DNA of 64,000 nt. Origin: an uncultured Candidatus Saccharibacteria bacterium (lineage in GTDB: Bacteria > Patescibacteriota > Minisyncoccia > Phycocordibacterales > UBA12088). This document shows positions 24,254-33,131 of the stretch, one piece after another; position 1 is the stretch's first letter, and each line of letters begins with the position of its first letter. The position numbers and the translations under genes were made by a program. The notes beneath the pieces were generated by a model. It made no database searches. It saw only the letters and a program-made list of their open reading frames with translations, and had not been told where the DNA came from. Where the stretch lies: positions 327,628 to 391,627 of the forward strand of contig CAZLUD010000001.1 in the NCBI GenBank assembly GCA_964562615.1, written 5' to 3'.

Positions 24254-26200
24254 TTGGCAGTATGCTATAGTCCATGCATGACATATTTAGATGAACTGAA
24301 CACGCATCAATATGAGGCAGCAACCACCATCACGGGACCGCTCCTTGTCATTGCGGGAGCAGGCGCAGGCAAAACAAAGACCATCACCCACCGAATACTC
24401 CATATTATTAACTCTGGGGTAGCTCCTCGGAATATTCTTGCCGTTACCTTTACCAACAAAGCAGCTAGCGAGATGAGAGAGCGGGTGCTATCCCTCATGA
24501 ACAAGGAGGGTATATCAAACGAAGAGGGGTTACCCACTGTTGCCACCTTTCACTCATTGTGTGCCACCATCCTAAGAAACGAGTCTGAGGCTATTGGCAT
24601 AAAAAGGCATTTTGTCATACTCGACAGAACTGATTCTATGAAGGCAATAAAAGAGGCGATGGAAAAGTCAGGTGTGTCCGATAAGCAATTTGAGCCGCGG
24701 ACAATACTGGGGCATATATCAAGACAAAAGGGGGAGGGTAATACTGCGCAGGTGTATGAACGAAACTACGGATCAGAGTATGTTCCTGGTGTAATAGCAA
24801 AGGTGTGGCGAAACTATGAAGTAATACTCGAGCGTGAGCAGGCACTTGATTTTGACGACCTACTCTTGAAAACCATGCTACTGTTCAGCACACGTAAAGA
24901 TATACTCTCGCGATATTCATCAACGTGGCAATACATTCATATTGATGAGTACCAAGATACCAACAAGGTACAGTTCAGCATCGCTCGTCTTCTTGCGAGT
25001 GAACATGGCAACATGTGTGTTGTTGGTGATATTGATCAAAACATTTACTCATGGCGCGGCGCCTCTATCGATAATATTCTTGATTTTGAAAAAGAATTTC
25101 CGGGCGCCAAGGTAGTTACCCTTGAGCAAAATTATCGCTCAACAAAGACTATTGTGCATATTTCAAACAAGGTCATAGAGAAAAACCTTCGAAGAAAAAA
25201 GAAGGTGGTCTTTACTGAAAATGAAGATGGGGAGCCGATTTCTTTATTCTCTGCATTTGATGAACAAGATGAAGCGAGATTTATTGCCCACACCTCAAAA
25301 AAACTTATTGAGGGTGGTGTGTCTCCAAGCTCGATTGCGGTACTCTATAGAGCCAATTTTCAATCACGCGTACTTGAAGAGGCATATCTCTCTAGCGAAG
25401 TGTCATATCGTGTATTGGGAGTAAAGTTCTTTGATAGAAAAGAAGTCAAAGATGTCCTCTCGTACGTACGCGCATCACTCAATAGAGATTCTCATTTTGA
25501 TATCTCACGTACCGCAAACGTACCGGTGCGGGGTATCGGCAAAGTAACGTTGATTAAAATGCTTGCGGGGCAAATAGACGACCTCCCACCAGCTACAAAG
25601 AAAAAGGTGGCGGATTATTACACACTTCTCGACTCGATTAAAACCCACGCCTCGAATGACAAACCATCAGAGACAATAAAATTTGTCCTCGATGCAAGTG
25701 GCTACCTACAAAGTCTTGAACACACTAAAAAGGAGGAGGACCTTGAACGGGCTGAAAACCTCAAAGAGCTCGTAACATTGGCGCAAAAATATGATGACCT
25801 AAGCCCACTTCAAGGCATTGAAGCCCTGCTTGAATACGCCGCTCTTGAAAGCGATCAAGATAAACTTGAACAAAAAGAGAAAGCGGTAACATTAATGACT
25901 GTGCACGCAGCAAAAGGTCTTGAGTTTGATTACGTATTTATTGCAGGACTTGAAGATGGGCTATTTCCACACGAAAGAATGGGGGATAGTGGTGTTGATA
26001 ACGAGGAAGAGCGCCGACTCTTCTACGTAGCAGTGACGAGAGCAGCCAAAAAAATATATCTCACACACGCGGCAACGCGCACCATATATGGAACAAAACA
26101 AGTAAACCTCCCCTCAGAATTCTTAGCTGATATAGATGAGGAGTTTCTTGTTGCCGAAGAGAGGCCAGATGGATTTAGTAGGGTAATATACCTTGATTAA
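24254..26200 (+). CDS. pcrA: UvrD/PcrA-type superfamily-1 DNA helicase.
   Basis: N-terminal motif I AGAGAGKTKTITHRI. DExx (HIDEYQDTN). 648 aa. Confidence 0.8.
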   Translation: MAVCYSPCMTYLDELNTHQYEAATTITGPLLVIAGAGAGKTKTITHRILHIINSGVAPRNILAVTFTNKAASEMRERVLSLMNKEGISNEEGLPTVATFHSLCATILRNESEAIGIKRHFVILDRTDSMKAIKEAMEKSGVSDKQFEPRTILGHISRQKGEGNTAQVYERNYGSEYVPGVIAKVWRNYEVILEREQALDFDDLLLKTMLLFSTRKDILSRYSSTWQYIHIDEYQDTNKVQFSIARLLASEHGNMCVVGDIDQNIYSWRGASIDNILDFEKEFPGAKVVTLEQNYRSTKTIVHISNKVIEKNLRRKKKVVFTENEDGEPISLFSAFDEQDEARFIAHTSKKLIEGGVSPSSIAVLYRANFQSRVLEEAYLSSEVSYRVLGVKFFDRKEVKDVLSYVRASLNRDSHFDISRTANVPVRGIGKVTLIKMLAGQIDDLPPATKKKVADYYTLLDSIKTHASNDKPSETIKFVLDASGYLQSLEHTKKEEDLERAENLKELVTLAQKYDDLSPLQGIEALLEYAALESDQDKLEQKEKAVTLMTVHAAKGLEFDYVFIAGLEDGLFPHERMGDSGVDNEEERRLFYVAVTRAAKKIYLTHAATRTIYGTKQVNLPSEFLADIDEEFLVAEERPDGFSRVIYLD

Positions 26201-27008
26201 TATGCGTGCCAAAAAAAGCCTTGGGCAGCACTTTTTAACCAGCGAATCAGCAATTACTGCTATTATTGCCGCTGCAAAGCTTAATAAAAGTGATTCGGTA
26301 CTTGAAATTGGACCAGGTAAGGGTGTGCTCACCAAGGCACTGCTTAAACACGCGGGTAAGGTGGTTGCTATTGAAAAGGACCCCGACATGATTGCTTACC
26401 TTACCGAAGAATTTGCAAATGAGCTTAAAAATGGCTCACTTACGCTATATGAAGGATCGGCTGAGGATATTGCCTTTGATGCGGTATTGCCCGGCGAGTA
26501 CAAAGTGGTAGCAAACATACCCTACTACATAACCGGGTTACTACTTCGGCATATGTTTTCACAAAAGACCTTACCCACTTGTGCGGTGGTACTAGTGCAA
26601 AAAGAGGTAGCGACACGCATTGCAAGAGAAAAAAAGGAAAGCATTCTCTCACTTTCTGTAAAAGTATATGGGACACCGGTATATATTCAAACCGTAAAAG
26701 CGGGGAGTTTTTCACCTGCGCCGAAGGTAGATTCGGCCATTTTAGCCGTATACGACATACAAAGAAGTGCTGTTGATTCCCCAAACAAAGAAAAAGTGTT
26801 TTTTACCTTACTAAAAGAAGGGTTTAGCAAAAAAAGAAAGCTCCTTGTGTCCAATCTTTCACACCTACTACCTCGAGAGGAGATTTTGAGCGCGTTTACT
26901 GATGCTGGTATATCACATAGTGCACGTGCAGAGGATGTACCGCTCTCACAATGGCTTGCTATTACCTCTACACTCGAGAGACTAATCCACAGCAACACCA
27001 CAAAGTAG
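26193..27008 (+). CDS. rsmA: 16S rRNA (adenine1518/1519-N6)-dimethyltransferase RsmA/KsgA.
   Basis: SLGQHFL N-terminal motif. SAM-binding LEIGPGKGVLT. NIPY motif (ANIPYYIT). Confidence 0.85.
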   Translation: MINMRAKKSLGQHFLTSESAITAIIAAAKLNKSDSVLEIGPGKGVLTKALLKHAGKVVAIEKDPDMIAYLTEEFANELKNGSLTLYEGSAEDIAFDAVLPGEYKVVANIPYYITGLLLRHMFSQKTLPTCAVVLVQKEVATRIAREKKESILSLSVKVYGTPVYIQTVKAGSFSPAPKVDSAILAVYDIQRSAVDSPNKEKVFFTLLKEGFSKKRKLLVSNLSHLLPREEILSAFTDAGISHSARAEDVPLSQWLAITSTLERLIHSNTTK

Positions 27009-27052
27009 CTATTCTACAAAAAAACTCTGCTATACTTTGAAGAAGGGTATCT

Positions 27053-28090
27053 ATGAATGAATCCATACTTCCAAGTAAGCAGTTTATTATTACCGTGATT
27101 GTCATTACGGTACTACTCGGTGGTGGCATCGCGGTATTTTTGAGTACACGAGAATCAGCAAGTAAATTTTTTGCCGAATCAAACGAAAAAGAGATGCGAG
27201 AAATCGCAGAAAAGCTGGTTGCCTCTGACGAAGATGAAGATGGGCTTCTTGATTGGGAAGAATCTCTTTGGAAAACTGATGTAAAAAACCCTGACACTGA
27301 TAGCGACGGCACTTCAGATGGCGAAGAAATCCGCATCGGAAGGGATCCACTTAAACCAACTCCTGGTGATGAAATTACTGTTCAAAGTATTGAGGTATTT
27401 AGAGATACTGCGGTAACTGATGCGCAAATTAAAAACAGCAACCTAACCGCTGAATTTGCCAAAAACTTTTTTGTTGAATACGCAAAAACCAAAGAGGCAG
27501 GTTTACCAGTTGGGATCATGGGAGCAAGTATAGAAAAGGTAGAGAACTTGATTCCGCAAGACCAGTACGAGAATAGAGAGCCTCTTTTTACAGAAGAAGA
27601 TATTTTGATAGCGCCATCTGAAGATAATTACTCCCTACGCGAGTATGGAAATGCTGTTGGGCGTGCATTTGAAAATCACCCGGTTGTAGGGGAGAACATG
27701 CTTGATGTTCTCTATCGAGCGTTGCGTAGCGGAAATAAAGCTGAGCTCGACAAACTACGAGATGCTGCTTCTTCAGTAAGCCTGCTCGCTGAAGAGATTA
27801 TTTCGATTCGAGTCCCTGAACCTCTCGTAGAAAATCATCTTGATTTGCTTAATGCTCTAGCATTTTTTAATGAGATACTTGTCGCATTTGGCAATACATA
27901 CGAAGATCCGCTTGGTGCAACTATTGCAATGACCTACTACCCTAAGACCGCTAAAGAATTAGCAATTATCGGGATATCAACTGCAAAGTACCTTGAGTCG
28001 AGAAATATTGTATACACACGAAATGACCCTGGACATGTATTCAATGAACTACTTGTAATTTATAAGAGATCGCCGAATCTATTTATATGA
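27053..28090 (+). CDS. Hypothetical protein with an N-terminal transmembrane anchor and an acidic Asp-rich segment (DEDEDGLLDWEE...DTDSDGTSDGEE).
   Basis: Hydrophobic N-terminus. Ca-binding-like D-x-D repeats are possible. Confidence 0.35.
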   Translation: MNESILPSKQFIITVIVITVLLGGGIAVFLSTRESASKFFAESNEKEMREIAEKLVASDEDEDGLLDWEESLWKTDVKNPDTDSDGTSDGEEIRIGRDPLKPTPGDEITVQSIEVFRDTAVTDAQIKNSNLTAEFAKNFFVEYAKTKEAGLPVGIMGASIEKVENLIPQDQYENREPLFTEEDILIAPSEDNYSLREYGNAVGRAFENHPVVGENMLDVLYRALRSGNKAELDKLRDAASSVSLLAEEIISIRVPEPLVENHLDLLNALAFFNEILVAFGNTYEDPLGATIAMTYYPKTAKELAIIGISTAKYLESRNIVYTRNDPGHVFNELLVIYKRSPNLFI

Positions 28091-29808
28091 AATCAGTTGC
28101 TAGGGTAGTCACATCTCTTCTGACTCGCTACGTAGCGCCATCTACCATAATAATGGCGTTATTTGCTCCTTCAGTATTTGTTATTGCAACCCCACAAAAA
28201 ACTGAGGCTATTTTTGGATTTGGTGACACTGTAGTTGAGGTGGGTGCAAACCTATATACAAATGTTGCCAATACCGTGGAAGCAGTTTGGGCAACCCTCA
28301 AGGAAGCATCGCTTGATGGTATTGCGTGGTACCTCGCTAAGTTAGTAATACAACGAATGACCGTTGAGATTATCAACTGGATCAATAGAGATTTTGAGGG
28401 CTATCCACAATTTGTTAATAATCTTGGCGTATTTCTTACTGATGTAGTAGACCAAGCCACCGGGGCATTTATACGCGAAAACAATCTTGAGTATTTATGT
28501 AACCCACTGAGTATTCGTATTGCGCTGTTAACGTATCAATACCAACCCATTCAACAGAGGTATTCGTGTACGCTTTCTCAAGTGGTAAACAACGTAGACT
28601 CATTCATACAAGGAAACTTTGCGGAGGGAGGTTGGACGGGATGGTTTTCACACGCCACCATCCCTACCAATAACTTGCCTGGGCAATATCTTGTCATACA
28701 AGGAGAGCTTGTTAAGTACGCCAACAAAAAAGAAGAGAATCAAAAAAACTACCTTTCCTTTGGGCAAGGCATGTTCTCAGACCTTTCGTTTGAGTGGTGC
28801 CAATCAGTAGAAAATACTGAAGGGGTTCCAGATGGATCAGGGGGCGTTCGTTATCAAACCGGTATGACAAGAGATGATTGTCAAATAAAAACACCAGGTA
28901 AATTGATAACAGATCAACTAAGTTGGGTCACGACAAGCCCACTCAGACAACAAGAGCTTGCTGATGAACTAAACGAAGCGATTTCAGCAATCCTCAGTAC
29001 GCTCATGAGTAAATTGCTCTCTGATGGTCTTGCATACCTTACCTCAAGTGGTCTTGGAAGAGGTGCAGCTGGCTCTTCGTATGATGATCTTTTGCGAGAA
29101 GATATTGCACGCCAACAAGAGCGCGTAACAGAAGACATTATCCTTCAGATTGATCAACAAATTGAAGAGGAGCTTGCGCTTGGTAGAGAGCTTGGCTGTT
29201 ATGGCGAAGATCCTGGAGACGGTGATGGAGGGGGCGGGGGTGATGGAGGGGGAGGTGATATTGGTGGAAATGAATTTCACGATGTGCCTATTGGTGACCG
29301 ATCAATACTTCCTGATACCACCACATTCTCAAATATCAGATATACCCCAGCTGATTCATACGCAGCGTACCAAACATCAGGACTAGAACCTCTTACGCCA
29401 ACAGAGTACTATCAAGAACTCACCCTTGCAGGACTCATCGACAGTCCAACCAGCACTACCTGGAGTGAGAATTATACCCTTAGAGAGGTTGGTATCGACG
29501 AGGGCGCAATCATTATTGAGAGAACCGGCGAAGATGCATATCGAGTACTATATGACGCTGACGGAGACGATGTGCGAGAAGTTATCGCAACATCAAGAGA
29601 AGTAGAGGGTCAGTCTGGTACATACACCTTTACCCGCGTCACCGGAGAAGACCTTGGATTTCAAACGCTTGGGGTAAGAAGTAGTGTTGCGGCAGGAGCA
29701 GTAAATGAGGCCTTGAGAGAGTACTACCTAATTAACGAAAACCCTCCTCAAACAAAACTGGAGCCAGTTGGAGGTACAGGCTCAAATGGCACAACAGGGA
29801 ATCGTTAG
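28087..29808 (+). CDS. Hypothetical secreted or membrane-anchored protein (573 aa) with a Gly/Asp-rich linker (GDGDGGGGGDGGGGDIGG).
   Basis: N-terminal hydrophobic segment. Translationally coupled to the upstream gene. Confidence 0.35.
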   Translation: MKSVARVVTSLLTRYVAPSTIIMALFAPSVFVIATPQKTEAIFGFGDTVVEVGANLYTNVANTVEAVWATLKEASLDGIAWYLAKLVIQRMTVEIINWINRDFEGYPQFVNNLGVFLTDVVDQATGAFIRENNLEYLCNPLSIRIALLTYQYQPIQQRYSCTLSQVVNNVDSFIQGNFAEGGWTGWFSHATIPTNNLPGQYLVIQGELVKYANKKEENQKNYLSFGQGMFSDLSFEWCQSVENTEGVPDGSGGVRYQTGMTRDDCQIKTPGKLITDQLSWVTTSPLRQQELADELNEAISAILSTLMSKLLSDGLAYLTSSGLGRGAAGSSYDDLLREDIARQQERVTEDIILQIDQQIEEELALGRELGCYGEDPGDGDGGGGGDGGGGDIGGNEFHDVPIGDRSILPDTTTFSNIRYTPADSYAAYQTSGLEPLTPTEYYQELTLAGLIDSPTSTTWSENYTLREVGIDEGAIIIERTGEDAYRVLYDADGDDVREVIATSREVEGQSGTYTFTRVTGEDLGFQTLGVRSSVAAGAVNEALREYYLINENPPQTKLEPVGGTGSNGTTGNR

Positions 29809-29817
29809 AACAGCAAT

Positions 29818-31596
29818 ATGAATGCAACAAGATCAATCATAATTTCATCGCTTCTGATCATCAGTGCGTACGCATCTTCTGTTTGGATATATTCCCCAAA
29901 GCTCTCTGCTCAGACACCTCCTCAAGAACCAGTTACCTGTGAAGAAGTAGACACCACCATCGCACAGCTCACCGCCCTTCGAGCACGAGCAGAGGCAGCA
30001 GACACTCCAGAGGAGATGCAGGCAGTAGTGGATGAATTTAATAGACTAGAGACACATAATGGTAACGATTTGGTGGTAGCACAACAAGAAAATCAACTTG
30101 AAGATAGAAGAGCATATTTAATAAGTAGAATAGAGGACACAAAGGAGGTTGATGCAGCACAAGGTGGAAGAAATGCAGAAGAGCTTGATGAGCTACTTGC
30201 ACGAGCAGAGGCTGCAGATGACTTTACCGAGCTTGGACGAGTAGAAGGAGAGCTTGGTGAGATACGAGGGAGATTGGGGCTTAGCGGTGGAGGAAGTGGT
30301 GGGGGTGGGGGAGGAGGGGGAGGTGGAGTAATTGGTGGAGGAGGCGATGGATCATGGGCTGGAGGAGTGCTTGATGGCAGTGGCAAAAACAACAGAGCGC
30401 CCGTTCCTGCATTTACAAGAACAGTTGTGCTTGGGCCAGGAGATGATATACAAGGGGCAATTAATAGTGCTACCCCAGGCACTGACATCCAACTCAAAAG
30501 TGGTACGTACAATTACTCCAACCTAAGCATAAGCGGAAAGGGTGGAAATCCGAACGCATGGATACGGCTTGGCAATGCTCCTGGAGAACATCCTATTCTT
30601 AGGCCGACAGGAGGATATGCAACCCTAAACGTGGCAGGCGGTTCGAGCTATATTCTAATTGAGGGACTGGAAATAAATGGGAGTAGGGTGGGAACAACAC
30701 TTCCTGATGGGACATATATTGGATCATGGAATGATATGCTTGCCTACTCTAATAGGAGTTGCAGTAATATCGGATACCATTGCAATCAGGGTATAATGCT
30801 CGGTTGCGGAGGCTGTAATACCAATCAAGGGCACCACATTGTCGTTCGAGATAATGTTACCCACGACTTTGGAGGCTCTGGTATTAGCACCTTTGGTGTT
30901 GATTATGTGATTATTGAAGACAATGTTTCTTTCAATAATGGCAATTTCTCTCGTTATGGGGAGAGTGGTATATCTGCTGGATTTCCAGCACTGGTAGGGG
31001 GAGGAAGCATGAGTGACTACGGCTTTATTGTAAGGAGAAACACCACCTACGATAATAAGCAATACTTGGGGTCAATAGACTGTGGTTGTGGCCCAGGTAT
31101 TACCGATGGTAACGGCATAATTCTTGACGGTATGGATCATAATGGTGCATACAGAAGAGTTCTTGTTGAGAGTAATCTTTCGTACAACAATGGTGTTGAG
31201 GTGCCTGGGCAGGGTGTGCATGGGTCAGGAATGCATTCAGTCGATTCTTCTAATGCAGAGTTCATAAATAACACCGCGTATGGTAATGCAGCTGCGCAGA
31301 TATTTGCATGTTGCGCCTCAAACAACAATAAGTTTTACAACAACATAGCAATAGGCAATAGGCCGTTGTTTGCTGCCCACGGTGTCCCTTTTACTGGAGG
31401 ATGTAACATATCGAGTGGTTCTGAAAATGTACCTACTACTGTTACTGACCCAATGTTTGTAAACCCTAGCGCTGGAGACTTTAGCTTGCGGGCGGGATCT
31501 CCGGCAATAAACGCCGCATGCGGACAAACCGCATCAAGCGACCTTAATGGAGCCCTCGCAAATGGGGCAAAAGATATCGGTGCTATAGAAATGTAG
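29818..31596 (+). CDS. Secreted protein with signal peptide, shared coiled-coil N-module, Gly-rich linker (GGGSGGGGGGGGG) and a C-terminal right-handed parallel beta-helix domain (pectate-lyase/polysaccharide-lyase-like repeats).
   Basis: Recurrent N-x-G/NNG-type beta-helix coil motifs (VRDNVTHDFGGSGIST, IEDNVSFNNGNFSRYGESGISAG, VESNLSYNNGVEVPG, INNTAYGNAAAQ). Confidence 0.5.
   Translation: MNATRSIIISSLLIISAYASSVWIYSPKLSAQTPPQEPVTCEEVDTTIAQLTALRARAEAADTPEEMQAVVDEFNRLETHNGNDLVVAQQENQLEDRRAYLISRIEDTKEVDAAQGGRNAEELDELLARAEAADDFTELGRVEGELGEIRGRLGLSGGGSGGGGGGGGGGVIGGGGDGSWAGGVLDGSGKNNRAPVPAFTRTVVLGPGDDIQGAINSATPGTDIQLKSGTYNYSNLSISGKGGNPNAWIRLGNAPGEHPILRPTGGYATLNVAGGSSYILIEGLEINGSRVGTTLPDGTYIGSWNDMLAYSNRSCSNIGYHCNQGIMLGCGGCNTNQGHHIVVRDNVTHDFGGSGISTFGVDYVIIEDNVSFNNGNFSRYGESGISAGFPALVGGGSMSDYGFIVRRNTTYDNKQYLGSIDCGCGPGITDGNGIILDGMDHNGAYRRVLVESNLSYNNGVEVPGQGVHGSGMHSVDSSNAEFINNTAYGNAAAQIFACCASNNNKFYNNIAIGNRPLFAAHGVPFTGGCNISSGSENVPTTVTDPMFVNPSAGDFSLRAGSPAINAACGQTASSDLNGALANGAKDIGAIEM
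29954..30320 (+). repeat. Copy 1 of a 367-bp near-identical intragenomic repeat encoding the shared N-terminal module. It pairs with 31741-32107.
   Basis: Nucleotide alignment by eye; only a handful of mismatches. Confidence 0.85.
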
Positions 31597-31607
31597 ATTG
31601 TTGCTTC

Positions 31608-33065
31608 ATGAAAAACGCAATCAGTATAAGTAGTTTTGTATCACTCGTAGTGATCGCGCTATCGTGCGTGAGCATCATTCCAACAAGAAGTAGTGCGCAA
31701 ACACCACCGCAAGAACCGATTACTTGCCAAGAAGTTTCTTCCACCATCGCACAACTCACCGCCCTTCGAGCACGAGCAGAGGCAGCAGACACTCCAGAGG
31801 AGATGCAGGCAGTAGTGGATGAATTTAATAGACTAGAGACACATAATGGTAACGATTTGGTGGTAGCACAACAAGAAAATCAACTTGAAGATAGAAGAGC
31901 ATATTTAATAAGTAGAATAGAGGACACAAAGGAGGTTGATGCAGCACAAGGTGGAAGAAATGCAGAAGAGCTTGATGAGCTACTTGCACGAGCAGAGGCT
32001 GCAGATGACTTTACCGAGCTTGGACGAGTAGAAGGAGAGCTTGGTGAGATACGAGGGAGATTAGGGCTTAGTGGTGGAGGAAGTGGTGGGGGTGGGGGAG
32101 GAGGGGGCACAGTAGGTGGAGGAGGCGGGGGCACCACCACACCAGGAACAGGGGTGGGCTCAGGTACCGCTGCGGGTACACCAACAGACACTGGCTTTGC
32201 TCCAGCAGGGTATACACTTGCGTGGAATGATGAATTCAATTCTCTTAGCTTAGGAAGTGGTTCAGCGTTTAGATGGACGCCATTTGATACGCTTGCTGCA
32301 AATGCTGGATATGATGCAAAAGGAAGAATACTTGCAAGTAACAGCTCTGATGCTATATGGGTTGCTGATTACGAAACAAATGCAGGTGGGACACGAACGT
32401 ATGGTGACGCATTTAAGGCAGCCGGCACCTACGGTGAGGGGCCATTCTTCCATGAGGTAAGTGATGGCGCACTTGCTATGCGTGCGTATCCAGTACCAAG
32501 CTCAGTACGCAACGAATTTATTGCGTATGGATGGCCGCAGGGTGCTCCATACGCCGCAGGTGGAATATTTGGATCACTCTCACATACCCAAACATACGGC
32601 TACTATGAAGTGCGGCTGCGTGTAAATTCAATAACAAGAGGCCAACATTTTGCGCTTTGGCTACTCCAAGACGACCTTGCATGGCCTCCTGAGATAGACA
32701 TGCTTGAGGTTATTGGTGAAAATCCTCAGTTTTATCACACTACCGTACACGGCGAAGGGCCAAATGGCTCTGACCCAACCACCTCATTTAAGCTGCTTCC
32801 AGCAGGAGGGAGCGGGACATGGCACACCTACGGATTTTTGTGGACACCTGAAAGTATGCGATTTTTTGTCGATGGAAAGGAGTATTTCTTAAGAGAAAAT
32901 TATGGGGAAGGGGCAGAAATAGGAACATTACCTAACTTTGTAAACAAGCCAATGTACCTCCTTGCAACCTGGGAAATGGCAAGCTATTGGCCAGGAGATC
33001 CTGATGCAACTACCGTGTGGCCAGCAGAGGTTGAGCTTGATTACGTCCGCATCTACAAACCATAG
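31608..33065 (+). CDS. Secreted protein: the same N-module plus Gly-rich linker as 29818-31596, fused to a glycoside hydrolase family 16-like (beta-glucanase/laminarinase-type) domain.
   Basis: GH16-like motifs WNDEFN and catalytic E-I-D-M-L-E (PPEIDMLEVIGE). Confidence 0.55.
   Translation: MKNAISISSFVSLVVIALSCVSIIPTRSSAQTPPQEPITCQEVSSTIAQLTALRARAEAADTPEEMQAVVDEFNRLETHNGNDLVVAQQENQLEDRRAYLISRIEDTKEVDAAQGGRNAEELDELLARAEAADDFTELGRVEGELGEIRGRLGLSGGGSGGGGGGGGTVGGGGGGTTTPGTGVGSGTAAGTPTDTGFAPAGYTLAWNDEFNSLSLGSGSAFRWTPFDTLAANAGYDAKGRILASNSSDAIWVADYETNAGGTRTYGDAFKAAGTYGEGPFFHEVSDGALAMRAYPVPSSVRNEFIAYGWPQGAPYAAGGIFGSLSHTQTYGYYEVRLRVNSITRGQHFALWLLQDDLAWPPEIDMLEVIGENPQFYHTTVHGEGPNGSDPTTSFKLLPAGGSGTWHTYGFLWTPESMRFFVDGKEYFLRENYGEGAEIGTLPNFVNKPMYLLATWEMASYWPGDPDATTVWPAEVELDYVRIYKP
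31741..32107 (+). repeat. Copy 2 of the 367-bp near-identical repeat (pairs with 29954-30320).
   Basis: Nucleotide alignment by eye. Confidence 0.85.
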
Positions 33066-33131
33066 CGGCGGTACCGACCACACAACAAGAAACTGTGGAG
33101 TAATCTATGCTTCACACGCTAACATGGTGGT

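Noticed and set aside
30093-30512. Pro-rich antisense ORFs 30093-30512(-) and 31880-32239(-).
   Set aside because: They are the reverse-strand translation of the poly-Gly linker (GGG codons read as PPP) inside well-supported plus-strand genes. They are identical only because the underlying repeat is.
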